NCBI GenBank assembly: GCA_951406725.2
Contig: OX597842.1
Span: forward strand, 19,778,001-19,842,000
Direction of reading: 5' to 3'
DNA length: 64,000 nt
From: Octopus vulgaris
Lineage: Eukaryota
The notes under the pieces were generated by a model. That model did no database searches. It saw nothing but the letters and a program-made list of their open reading frames with translations, and was not told where the DNA came from. Shown piece after piece: positions 50,509 to 63,724 of this stretch; position 1 is the stretch's first letter, and the number at the start of each line of letters is the position of its first letter. A program made the translations under genes and the position numbers.

Positions 50509-51639
50509 CTGCAGTTGACAAACAATAAAATATATACCTTTTGTTTTTAACAAAAAATAGTAATATCTCCCAAGTTTGACCATTTTCATACTAAACTATT
50601 AAAAAATACTTTCGTTTCTGTTATACAAATTCCATTTCAAAGTGATCTAAAGGAAAAGTCCCCATCAAAATTTCCAGTAACACTATGTTGCACACATAAG
50701 CTTGGTTATATAAAGCCTTGTGAGTGGATTTGGTAGACGGAAACTGAAAGAAGCCCGTTGTATATATGTATATATAATGTATATATATATGTGTGTTTTT
50801 GTGTCTGTTTGTCCCCCTAGCATTGCTTGACAACTGATGCTGGGGTGTCTATGTCCCCATCACTTAGCAGTTCAGCAAGAGAACCGATAGAATAAGTACT
50901 AGGCTTACAAAGAATAAATCCTGGGATCGATTTGATAGACAAAAGGCGGTGCTCCAGCATGGCCACAGTCAAATGACTGAAACAAGTAAAAAGAGAAAGA
51001 GAAAGAGAATATAACCCGCCCCCCACACACACCTTGGTATTGACCCCCTCATCCTTTGCCCTTGTGGCAAATAAAAGAAACCCTTATTATATACAACTAT
51101 CAGCTGAGTCCATTGTGAAGATGGCCCCTCTACTTTCCCTCAACCAGGAAGGGTAATCAGTTTTTATCTGCTCGGGGCCCATGGCAAAGGGGATCATACA
51201 GTGGACATGTCTGAAAGGGCTGAATACTAGCAATTGGCATTTTTTCAAAACCCTAATAAGCTTTTTCAGGTTTCACTTGAAGAGGAAAATCAGGGTGGAG
51301 AGGTAAGTGCTGGCTTCCAAGCAGTTTGTTGAAAGGTGGGTGAGAGGGGTGAGCATTACCTGAGTGAATGGGCCTTCTCTCAGAGTGTACCTGTATATTG
51401 GAGAGGAAAGACTGGGAGAGGGCATCCACCTTGGTGGTCAGGGAGACCTTGGATTTTGTGGGCTTTCTTTACGTGTGGCCCTTGAAAGTCCCCCCACTAT
51501 CAGGGATCTTACTTTGAATTTCTTTTATTCTTTGTATGACTTTTTACATGCTAAAACCCACACTGGACCCTCCCGAATGTTTTGCTTTGTGTTAGCCCTC
51601 TGTGGTTAATAAAGAAATTATTATAAATCATTTCCTTAC

Positions 51640-51888
51640 TCTTTATCTTCAAATCAATTCTTCCAACTTTAAGGTTGTCGTCTTCAAATCTCCAAGTCAA
51701 ACATTCCTTAGTTACGTTTTTGATCCAAAGCTTGGAGGTATCTCCAAAATGAGTCACTTTATAGTCAGGGCCATCAGCGCATGTCCTGTCACATTCATAT
51801 CTATTATCCTGGCAAATCCAAGCCACCGGTCGTTTCATGTGTGGTATATATATCACAAGGTTGAGATCTCTATAGAGCTCAGCAGTTC
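51640..51888 (-). CDS. Gene B Ig-like exon B3 (249 bp, phase 1-1)
   Basis: (x)TAELYRDLNLVIYIPHMKRPVAWICQDNRYECDRTCADGPDYKVTHFGDTSKLWIKNVTKECLTWRFEDDNLKVGRIDLKIK, with AG and GTAAG boundaries. Confidence 0.88.
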
Positions 51889-53188
51889 CTGAAATGAAGA
51901 AATCAGTTAAGAAGTTTGCTTCCAAATCATACGATCCCGGGTTCAGTCCCACTACACAGCACCTGGGAAAGTGTCTTCTACTACAGCCTCAGCCTTGTGA
52001 GTGGATTTTCAAGATGGAAACTGAAAGAAGCCCATTCTATGTATAATTGTGTGTATGTGTGTGTATATATATATATACATACACACTTGTGTCTTTCAAA
52101 GCCTTGTGAGTGTATTTGATAGATGGAAACTGAAAGAAGCCCATTGTTTATATATATGTAAATAGAAAATTATTATTTCTAAGTCCCTGAATGAGAAACA
52201 TTCAGTAACATTAATCGAGAGTAAAGATTATTTGCCAACATAATATGGCAGTCCTAGTTAGGGTGATTGTTACTGCTATTTAGCCCTAGGAAACACTGCC
52301 TCCAGCTGGGTATATGACACATTATCTATGTCCTATGGGATGCTAAACTCCCTTGTTTGAAAATATAAGGATGCAGCTAGTGCGTCATATAGCCAGCTGG
52401 AGGCAACGTTTCCTAGGGCTAAAGAACAGTAACAATCGTCCTAACCAGGACTGCAATATTATGTTGGCAAATAATCTTTACCCTAGAGTACTGTTACTCA
52501 ATGTCTTTTGTTCAGAGATTTAGAAATAATTTTCTATTTGTTAGATCAGTGACTGTGTGTCACTTTGAAAAGTATATATTTTGGACAAGAGTTTAGTGGA
52601 GTAATCTCTAGACGAGCAGTTATTCGGTGCTGATGAAGGGAAATAACCCAGAGACCATTGGTATGCAGATAATGTGCTGTATAACCAGCTGGAGATGATG
52701 TTTCCTGAGACTAAATAACAGTACCATTCGTCCTAACCAGGACTGCCACATTATGTTAGCAAATAATCTTTACTTTATATATATATATATATATGAGTTC
52801 AAATGAAAATGGTACTTAATTTAGATGCACCAGAATTTTGTATGGTGTTATCCATAGAAATCCGTGGGGTGATTATAATGAAAATAAGCAACAAGAATTA
52901 CTCCGGTAATTTGGTACGATCGTTTCGTACTACATCATTTTATTAAATGTTGTAAGTATTACAACAGTTTTAAAATACTGAGCACTCATCAGCCAATTAT
53001 AGAGGTTTTCCATTAATACAAAAATTTTCATGTCGAGTGGCAACATGATAGAGAAGAAAGCCTCTATAATTGGCTGATGAGTACTCAGCATCTTAAATCT
53101 GTTGTAATACTTACAACATTTAATAAAGTGATGTAGTACGAAACGATCGTACCAAATTACCGGAGTTATTCTTGTTGCTTATTTTGAG

Positions 53189-53225
<37 letters not shown>

Positions 53226-53399
53226 GTATATATATATATATTAAGTGCAGGGCATCACTGGCAAGTTATAAATATATAAACACACAAGAGATAAGCAAGG
53301 GACAAAATAACAAAATACTTAACACCCAGTCATAATATTGTAAGAGGCAGCTTCTACCTGGCCGGAATCCATGCTAGGTATCAGTCAGCAAGTAATTTT

Positions 53400-53560
53400 C
53401 TTCATGGAACATGATTAGTTTCTTGCAGACTATTCATTCCATGACTTTGCTGATGTCTGAGGTCAGAGAGACAGGCCTATAATTTTTAGCACCTGCCCTG
53501 CTTCCTCCTTTATGAATACAGCATATTATTCCTTCTTTCAGTTTGTCTGGGAGCTTACCA
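53400..53560 (-). mobile_element. CR1/Jockey-type RT fragment
   Basis: LPDKLKEGIICCIHKGGSR....NYRPVSLTSDISKVME. Confidence 0.75.
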
Positions 53561-56500
53561 ATTAAAAGAAGCTGCAGTGGCATTAGGAAGGGCATCCAGC
53601 TGTAGAAACACTGCCAGATCAGGCAGGAGCCTGGTGCAGCCTCCTGGCTTCCCAGACCCCGGTCGAACCGTCCAACCCGTGCTAGCATGGAAAGCGGACG
53701 TTAAACGATGATGATGATGATGATGATGAAATAGCAGTAGAAATGTTTCATCCATTATTTTCTAAGATAGGGCAGGAAGAAAATGTGCCTAATGACTGGA
53801 AAGAGGGACTCATTGTGAAATTGCCAAAAAAAGGAGATTTAAGCTTTTGCGGAAATTATAAACGGATTATGCTATTATCAGCTCCCGGAAAAGATTTTAA
53901 CAGAATACTTTTAGAGATGATGAGGACAGCAGTTGACAAATTGTTGTGTAAAGAAGAAGCTGGATTTAGGAAGAGATCAAATCGCCACTCTTTGTATCAT
54001 CGTAGAGCAAAGCGCAGAGTGGAATGCACCGATTTATTGAATTCGAAAAAGCATTCGATAGTGTAGATAGGGAAGGCTTATTGAAAATTATGCAGCACTA
54101 TGGCATACCAGACAAGTACATATCTATAATAAGAGCAACTTACCAAGGAATGTCATGCCGAGTCTTGCAAGGAAACGGAGCTACGGATAAATTCGATATA
54201 AAAACAGGAGTTCGACAGGGCTGTATACTTTCTCCCGTTTTATTTCTATTAGTCATAGATTGGATTATGAAGGAAACTACGATTGAAAGCCAAACAAGCA
54301 TTGAATGGACGGATGTGGAAGCTGTAGAAGATCTCGACTTTGCAGATGATAGGGGGCTGCTTTCACAAACATAGCCAAATGCAAAATAAAATGTCAAAAT
54401 TAGAAGCAATAGCTTCCAAACTAGGATTGAAAGTCAACCTCAAATCAATAATTATGCACGTTAATGAAGTAAACATCAAATGTATTAAACTAGAAACTGG
54501 TGAACTAGAGGATGTAGCCAAGTTTATGTATTCAGGTAGTAAGATAACGTTTTCAGGTGTCACCGACGAAGATATTAAGGTGAGAATAAGTAAGGCAAGG
54601 ACCGTTTTTCACCTGTTAAAGAAAGTATGGAGCGCAAGTGTAATTTCAATAAACAACAAAATAACCTGTCGAAAGAGCTGTTCTTAACTCCTGCTCCAGA
54701 GCGTCAGCTCGGAGTCACTCCAAAAAGCTCTATCTGTGACGATTTCATCTCAATCGAAGGAGAGGGGCCTTCTCTGTCAAGGTTGCAGATCCGTGGAATA
54801 AGCTGCCGGACGAGATAGTGAAGATGCCGACGACCGGTCGGTCCAAAGTCTCCCTCGACCACAAATGGCCTGAACTCTTTGCATGAACACCACCCTGTAC
54901 ATAACTCCATGTCCCCCTACATGGCCTTTTGCTTTTTGCTTTTTGAGCCAAAATATTAACTTAAGATTTTTTAACACTAATGTTAAAGCGATGTTCTTGT
55001 ATGGGGCTGAGACATGGCGAACAAAAGTTAAGTCAAATAAGCAAATACAACCATTCATCAACAGATACTTGCGTAGTATACTTAAAATTAGATGGCCCGA
55101 ACACATACGCAATATGGAACTATGGTAAAGAACAAATCAAGTTTCGATTAGGGAGCAAATATTTAAGAAAGAGTGGAAGTGGATAGGTAGCACGATTAGA
55201 AAAGACACACTAAATGTAGCGTAAAGTGTTTAAAGTGGAAACCGGTTGGATGTAAAAAGAAAGGTAGGCCTAAGAACTCGTGGCGTAGATCAACACAAAA
55301 GGAACTAGAGAAAGGGGGACATTCATGGCAGAGTATAAGTACAGAAGTGAAAAATTATGAAACATGGAAGTCAATTATGAGTGGCCTATACTCCACGTTG
55401 GAGGGTCAAAGGTAGGAAAGAAGAATATATTTACCACTTTGGTAGATCTTATAAATGCTATCACTTGAGAAACCTGTAAAAGATGAAAACAAAAATTTTG
55501 ATTTTAAGATGAAATATTTCAAAATAATGTGAATAAATGAACATTATATTTCACAGTAATTTGATTGCTAAATGATTAAACCAGCAATATCTGTTTTATG
55601 TTCTAAGTGGCCGGGTCCAGCCCCCACACCTACCCAACAATGTCAGTCTAAAAATAAACAACCACATCATCAAAATGTCAAAACTACAAGATAATGAATG
55701 ATTAATTCGAAAACCAAGGCTAAATGAGCATTACATTAAACGGAATAAACTGATTGCTAACGAGTTAAAGTAGCCATACCTGGCACAAAGATTCTACCTG
55801 TTTCGTGTTTAAACTGGTAATGGGTCAGCCTTTTACACCTGTCTTACAATGTCATTCTAAAAATGAACAGACAAGGACTGCTATGTAAAGAAGTGCTGAT
55901 CTCTAGCTGCGGAGGCAATCTGTGGAAGAGGTGGACCCTGGAAGGTGCAGGACAAAACGGTGGAACATGAGGGCTTTGGATGTTGAGGCTGACATGTATT
56001 GATAAGTGACTGCAATTCCTGGGGATTTGCTCTTCTTCATAAGATATGTCAAGCTAATGGAAATCAAGGATGTGGCCAGTGTCGGTAATTAGTAAAAGGC
56101 ACCTGTGCCGGTGACGTGTAATTTATAAATCTTTCATCAAAACTTTATTGAGAATTTTCAAAATGTGCTCCATCGGCCCCCTGGATATTTCAAATGTATC
56201 TGTAGACTTGTGAAACACATTTGGAAGTATTTGAGGAGTTTATCTTCTGCACTGCTAACTGAATGCATTCTTTAAGTTCAGCTAAAAGATTGCTCCATCT
56301 GGGGCATTGTGGGAAAGAAATTAATTGCAATCGTATTGAAAAAAGTTGTCATGGACAGATAAGGAATGAAAATAAAATTATAAACAAAATTAAAAATTTA
56401 ATCACTTAACATATATTAAATATGTGAAGCAGAAACAAAAAGGACCTTTAAAAAAAGGGTCCAATTTCACTGAAATAGATAATTAATTCTGGGACAGTCT

Positions 56501-58197
56501 GTATTGAAAACACTTAGCCCTACTCAAATGACCCTACACTCTGAAATCTTTACCAAGAACAAAGTCCATGGGGTAAAGAGTGGCTATAAGGGGAATCCAG
56601 GTGGGCAGATATGGAGATAACGATGTAAATAAACAAATAAAACTGAGTGGGTTAGATATACATCCATGCGTACACGTTAATAGAGAGGAAGCAAAGACTG
56701 AAAAATTTCAGACGGAGAATATTCAAGCATCAGAAATCTGAATTAAATATTAACAGAGCAAACTTACACAGACTAGAAAGGCACAGAAAATCAAAGGGGA
56801 GAATGTATGGTGTTACAGCTCCTTTCTTGGCGATCGGGGTTACTTCATCTTTGGTAGATGTACCATCCATACTCACAAATAGGTCTCACTTTTTTTCACC
56901 AAAAATTTAGATAAAAATCAGGGGTACAAACTATCCAATAGATATTACAGGGATCTGAAGTGGTGTATCGGTAGTCCATGGCATACCCTGGACCTGGGCT
57001 TTTCAGTTTTAAAATTGTTATGGAAACTTTTCTGCAATGTTTACTAGAAAGCAGAAACTGGAAGTTTGGTATTTGGTATTTTTTTGACATCCACTCACCC
57101 CAATCTTTAGTTTAAAAATTTTAATAATTGCAAACCCTACTTACAAAGTTATAGTAAGAGTTATCAATAGGCACAGAAGTGGCTGTGTGGTAAGTAGCTT
57201 GCTTACGAACCACATGGTTCCGGGTTCAGTCTCACTGTGTGGCATGTTGGGCAAGTGTCTTTTACTATAGCCTCGGGCCGACCAAAGCCTTGTGAGTGGA
57301 TTTGGTAGACAGAAACTGAAAGAAGCCCGTCGTATATATGTATATATATATATGTGTGTTTGTGTGTCTGTTTGTCCTCCAAATATCGCTTGACAACTGA
57401 TGCTGGTGTGTCTACGTCCCTATTACTTAGCAGTTCGGCAAAAGAGAACCGATAGAATAAGTACTAGGCTTACAAAGAATAAATCCTAGAGTCGATTTGA
57501 TCGACAAAAGGCGGTGCTCCAGCATGGCCACAGTCAAATGACTGAAACAAGTAAAAAGAGAAAGAGAATATAACCCCACCCACACACACACCTTGGTATT
57601 GACCCCCTCATCCTTTGCCCTTGTGGCAAATAAAAGAAACCCTTATTATATACAACTATCAGCTGAGTCCATTGTGAAGATGGCCCCTCTACTTTCCCTC
57701 AACCAGGAAGGGCAACCAGTTTTTATCTGCTCGGGCCCCATGGCAAAGGGGATCATACAGTGGACAAGTCTGAAAGGGCTGAAGACCAGCAACTGCCATT
57801 TTGTCAAAACCCTAATAAACTTTTTCAGGTTTTACTTGAAGAGCAAAATCAGGGTGGAGAGGTAACTGCTGGCTTCCAAGCAGTTTGTTGAAAGGTGGGT
57901 GAGAGAGGTGAGCATTACCTGAGTGAATGGGCCTTCTCTCAGAGTGTACCTGTATATTGGAGAGGAAAGACTGGGAGAGGGCATCCACCCTCGTGGTCAG
58001 GGAGACCATGGATTTTGTGGGCTTTCTTTACGTGTAGCCCTTGAAAGTGCCCCCACTATCAGGGGTTTTACTTTGACTTTCTTTTATTCTTTGTATGACT
58101 TTTTACATGCTAAAACCCACGCTGGACCCTCCCGAATGTTTTCCTTTGTGTTAGCCCTCTGTGGTTAATAAAGAAATTATTATAAATCATTTCTTAC

Positions 58198-58446
58198 TCT
58201 TTATCTCCAAATCAATTTTTCCAACATTAAGGTTGTCATCATCAAATTTCCAAGTCGAACATTTCTCAGTTACTTTTCTGATCCAAAGCGTGGAGGTATC
58301 TCCAAAATGAGTCACTTTATACTGAGAGCTATTAACGCATGTCTTGTCACATTCATATTTATAATTGCGGCACTTCCAAACCACCGGTCGTTTCATATCA
58401 GGTATTGTTATCGAAAGGGTGAGACATCCATTGAGCACAGCAATTC
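58198..58446 (-). CDS. Gene B Ig-like exon B2 (249 bp, phase 1-1)
   Basis: (x)IAVLNGCLTLSITIPDMKRPVVWKCRNYKYECDKTCVNSSQYKVTHFGDTSTLWIRKVTEKCSTWKFDDDNLNVGKIDLEIK, with AG and GTAAG boundaries. Confidence 0.88.
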
Positions 58447-61400
58447 CTGAAATAATGAAATCAGTTAAGAAGTTTGCTTCCAAATCATATGGTCCCGGGT
58501 TCAGTCCCACTACACTGCACCTTGGGAAAGTGTCTTCTACTACAGCCTGTGTGGATTTGCTAGATGGAAACTGAAAGAAGCCCATTGTATGTATCTGTGT
58601 GTGTGTGTATGTATATGTGTGTGTGTATATATGTATATACATACACACTTGTGTGTTTCAAAGCCTTGTGAGTGTATTTGATAGATGGAAACTGAAAGAA
58701 GCCCTTTGTTTATATATATGTATATATATATGTAAATAGAAAATTATTATTTCTAAGTCACTGAATGAGAAACATTCAGTAACATTACTCGAGAGTAAGG
58801 ATTATTTGCCAACATAATATGGCAGTCCTAGTTAGGGTGATTGTTACTGTTATCTAGCCCTAGGAAACACTGCCTCCAGCTGGGTATATGACACATTATC
58901 TATGTCCTATGGGATGCTAAACTTCCTTGTTTGAAAATATAAGGATGCAGCTAGTGTGTCATATAGCCAGTTGGAGACGATGTTTCCTAGGGCTAAGGAA
59001 CAGTAACAATCGTCCAGACCAGGACTGCCACATTATGTTGGCAAATAATCTTTACCCTAGAGTACTGTTACTCAATGTCTTTTGTTCAGAGATTTAGAAA
59101 TAATTTTCTATTTTTTAGATCAGTGACTGTGTGTCACTTTGAAAAGTATATATTTTGGACAAGAGTTTAATGGAGTCATCTCAAGCCGAGCAGTTATTCT
59201 GTGCTGATGAAGGGAAATAACACAGAGACCATTGGTATGCAGATAATGTGCTGTATAACCAGCTGGAGATGATGTTTCCTGAGACTAAATAACAGTACCA
59301 TTCGTCCTAACCAGGACTGCCACATTATGTTGGCAAATAATCTTTATTTTATATATATATATATATATATATGTATACACACAAAATAAGAAAATGGAGG
59401 AATAGATTCCTTTCAATCATCAACTTCCAGATAATACCAATTCATATAATTTATTAACTAATTATTTAGATTTAATAGGACAGGGCTGTATACTTTCTCC
59501 CGTTTTATTTCTATTATTCATAGATTGGATCATGAAGGAAACTACGATTGAAAGCCAAACAAGCATTGAATGGACGGATGTGGAAGCTGTAGAAGATCTC
59601 GACTTTGCAGATGATATAGCGCTGCTTTCACAAACATAGCCAAATGCAAAATAAAATGTCAAAATTAGAAGCAATAGCTGCCAAACAAGGATTGAAAGTC
59701 AACCTCAAATCAAAAATTATGCACGTTTATGAAGTAAACTTTGAATGTATTCAACTAGAAACTGGTGAACTAGAGGATGTAGCCGAGTTTATGTATTCAG
59801 GTAGTAAGATAACGTTTTCAGGTGGCACCGACGAAGATATTAAGGTGAGAATAAGTAAGGCAAGGACCGTTTTTCACCTGTTAAAGAAGGTATGGAGCGC
59901 AAGTGTAATTTCAATAAAGAACAAAATAACCTCTCGAAAGAGCTGTTCTTCACTCCTGCTCCAGAGCGTCGGCTGCGGGGTCACTCCGAAAAGCTCTATC
60001 TGTGACGATTTCATCTCAATCGAAGGAGAGGGGCCTTCTCTGTCCGGGTTGCGGTTCCGTGGAATAAGCTGCCGGACGAGATAGTGAAGATGCCGACGAC
60101 CGCTCGATTCAAACTCTCCCTTGACCACAAATGGCCTGAACTCTTTGCATGAACACCACCCTGTACATAACTCCATGTTCCCCTACATGGCCTTTTGCTG
60201 TTTGCTTTTTGAGCCCAAAAATTAACTTAACTTAAGTTAAGAATTTTTAACACTAACGTAAAAGTGGTGTTATTGTATGGGGCTGAGACATGGCAAACAA
60301 CAGTCAAGTCAAATAAGCAAATACAATCATTCATCAACAGATGCTTGCGTAGTATACTTAAAATTAGATGGCCCCAACACATACGCAATATGGAGCTATG
60401 GCAATGAACAAATCAAGTTTTGATTAGGGAGCAAATATTTAAGAAAAGGAGGAAGTGGATTGGTAGCACAATTAGAAAAGACACACTAAATGTAGTGAAA
60501 AGTGCTTTAAAGTGGAAACCGGTTGGATATAGAAAGAAAGGTAGGCCTAAGAACTCGTGGCATAGATCAACACAAAAGGAACTAGAGAAAGGAGGACATT
60601 CATGGCAGAGTATAAGTACAGAGGCGAAATATTATGCAACATGGAATTCAATTATGAGTGGCCTATACTCCACGTTGGAGGGTCAAATGTAGGAAACAAG
60701 AATATATTTACCACTTTGGGTGATCTTGTAAATGTTTGCACTTGAGAAACCTGTAAAAGATGAAAACAAAAATTTTTGATTTTAAGATGAAATAATTCAA
60801 AACAATGTGAATAAATGAACACTATATTTCACAGTAATTTGATTGCTAAATGATTAAACCAGCAATATCCGTTTTATGTTCTAAGTGGCCGGGTCCAGCC
60901 CCTCACACCTACCCTACAATGTCAGTCTAAAAATAAACAATCACATCAGCAAAATGTCAAAACTACAAAATAAAGAATGATTAATTCAAAAACCAAGACT
61001 AAATGAGCACTACATTAAACGAAATAAACTGATTGCTAACGAGTTAAAGTAGCCATACCTGGCACAAAGATTCTACCTGTTTCGTGTTTAAACTGGTAAT
61101 GGGTCAGCCTTTTACACCTGTCTTACAATGTCATTCTAAAAATGAACGGACAAGGACTGCTATGTAAAGAAGTGCTGATCTCTAACTGTGGAGGCAATCT
61201 GTGGAAGAGGTGGACCCTGGAAGGTGCAGGACAAAACGGTGGAACATGAGGGCTTTGGATGTTGAGGCTGACAAGTATTGATAAGTGACTGTGATTTCTG
61301 GGGATCTGCTCTTCTACAGAAGATATGTCAAGCTAATGGAAATCAAGGATGTGGCCAGTATCGGTAATTAGTAAAAGGCACCTGTGCCAGTGACGTGTAA

Positions 61401-63475
61401 TTTATAAATCTTTCCTCAAAACTTTATTGAGAATTTTCAAAATGTGCTCCATCGGCACAATGGAAATTTCAAATGTATCTGTAGACTTGTGAAACACATT
61501 TGGAAGTATTTGAGGAGTTTATCTTCTGCACTGCTAACTGAATGCATTCTTTAAGTTCAGCTAAAAGATTGCTCCATCTGGGGCATAGTGGTAAAGAAAT
61601 TAATTGCAATCGTATTGAAAAAAGCTGTCATGGACAGATAAGGAATGAAAATAAAATTATAAACAAAATTAAAAATTTAATCACTTAACATATATTAAAT
61701 ATGTGAAGCAGAGACAAAAAGGGTCTTTAAAAAAAAAGGTCCAATTTCACTGAAATAGATAATTAATTCTGGGACAGTCTGTATTGAAAACACTTAGCCC
61801 TACTCAAATGACCCTACACTCTGAAATCTTTACCAAGAACAAAGTCCATGGGGTAAAGAGTGGCTATAAGGGGAATCCAGGTGGGCAGATATGGAGATAA
61901 CGATGTAAATAAACAAATAAAACTGAGTGGGTTAGATATACATCCATGCGTACACGTTAATAGAGAGGAAGCAAAGACTGAAAAATTTCAGACGGAGAAT
62001 ATTCAAGCATCAGAAATCTGAATTAAATATTAACAGAGCAAACTTACACAGACTAGAAAGGCACAGAAAATCAAAGGGGAGAATGTATGGTGTTACAGCT
62101 CCTTTCTTGGCAATCGGGGTTACTTCATTGTTGGTAGATGTACCATCCATACTCACAAATAGGTCTCACTTTTTTTCACCAAAAATTTAGATAAAAATCA
62201 GGGGTACAAACTATCCAATAGATATCACAGGGATCTGAAGTGGTGCATCGGAGGTCCATGGCATACCCTGGACCTGGGCTTTTCAGTTTTAAAATTGTTA
62301 TGGAAACTTTTCTGCAATGTTTACTAGAAAGCAGAAACTGGAAGTTTGGTATTTGGTATTTTTTGACATCCAGTCATCCCAATCTTTAGTTTAAAAATTT
62401 TGATAATTGCAAACCCTACTTACAAAGTTATAGTAAGAGTTATCAATAGGCGCAGAAGTGGCTGTGTGGTAAGTAGCTTGCTTACGAACCACATGGTTCC
62501 GGGTTCAGTCTCACTGTGTGGCATGTTGGGCAAGTGTCTTCTACTATAGCCTTGGGCCGACCAAAGCCTTGTGAGTGGATTTGGTAGACAGAAACTGAAA
62601 GAAGCCCGTCGTATATATGTATATATATATATGTGTGTTTGTGTGTCTGTTTGTCCTCCAAACATCGCTTGACAACTGATGCTGGTGTGTCTATGTCCCC
62701 GTTACTTAGCAGTTCGGCAAAAGAGAACTGATAGAATAAGTACTAGGCTTACAAGGAATAAATCCTGGGGTCGATTTGATCGACAAAACGCGGTGCTCCT
62801 GCATGGCCACAGTCAAATGACTGAAACAAGTAAAAAGAGAAAAAGAATATAACCCCCACACACACACACCTTGGTATTGACCCCCTCATCCTTTGCCCTT
62901 GTGGCAAATAAAAGAAACCCTTATTATATACAACTATCAGCTGAGTTCATTGTGAAGATGGCCCCTCTACTTTCCTTCAACCAGGAAGGGTAATCAGTTT
63001 TTATCTGCTCAGGGCCCATTGCAAAAGGGATCATACAGTGGACATGTCTGAAAGGGCTGAAGACCAGCAATTGCCATTTTGTCAAAACCCTAATAAACTT
63101 TGTCAGGTTTCACTTGAAGAGGAAAATCAGGGTGGAGAGGTAAGTGCTGGCTTCCAAGCAGTTTGTTGAAAGGTGGGTGAGAGAGGTGAGCATTACCTGA
63201 GTGAATGGGCCTTCTCTCAAAGTGTACCTGTATATTGGAGAGGAAAGACCGGGAGAGGGCATCCACCCTGGTGGTCAGGGAGACCTTGGATTTACTGGGC
63301 TTTCGTAACGCGTAGCCCTTGACAGTCCCCCCACTATCAGGTCTCTTACTTTGAATTTCTTTTATTCTTTGTATGACTTTTTACATGCTAAAACCCACAC
63401 TGTACCCTCCCGAATGTTTTCCTTTGTGTTAGCCCTCTGTGGTTAATAAAGAAATTATTATAAATCATTTCTTAC

Positions 63476-63724
63476 TCTTTATCTCCAAATCAATTTTTCG
63501 AACGTTAAGGTTGTCATCATCAAATATCCAAGTCAAACATTTCTTAGTTACTTTTTTGATCCAAAGCGTGGAGGTATCTCCATCCTGTGTCACTTTATAG
63601 TCAGGGCCATCAGCGCATGTCTTGTCACATTCATATTTATAATTGCGGCACATCCAAACCACCGGTCGTTTCATATAAGGTATTGTTATCGTAAGGGTGA
63701 GACATCCATTGAGCACAGCAATTC
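63476..63724 (-). CDS. Gene B Ig-like exon B1 (249 bp, phase 1-1)
   Basis: (x)IAVLNGCLTLTITIPYMKRPVVWMCRNYKYECDKTCADGPDYKVTQDGDTSTLWIKKVTKKCLTWIFDDDNLNVRKIDLEIK, with AG and GTAAG boundaries. Confidence 0.88.

Larger units (their letters stand above)
48350..56015 (+). repeat. Direct segmental duplication of about 22750-31210
   Basis: Collinear high identity covering the piggyBac 5' end, TM exon, Ig-like exon, palindrome, RTE+CR1 and downstream flank; offset about 25-26 kb. Confidence 0.92.
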
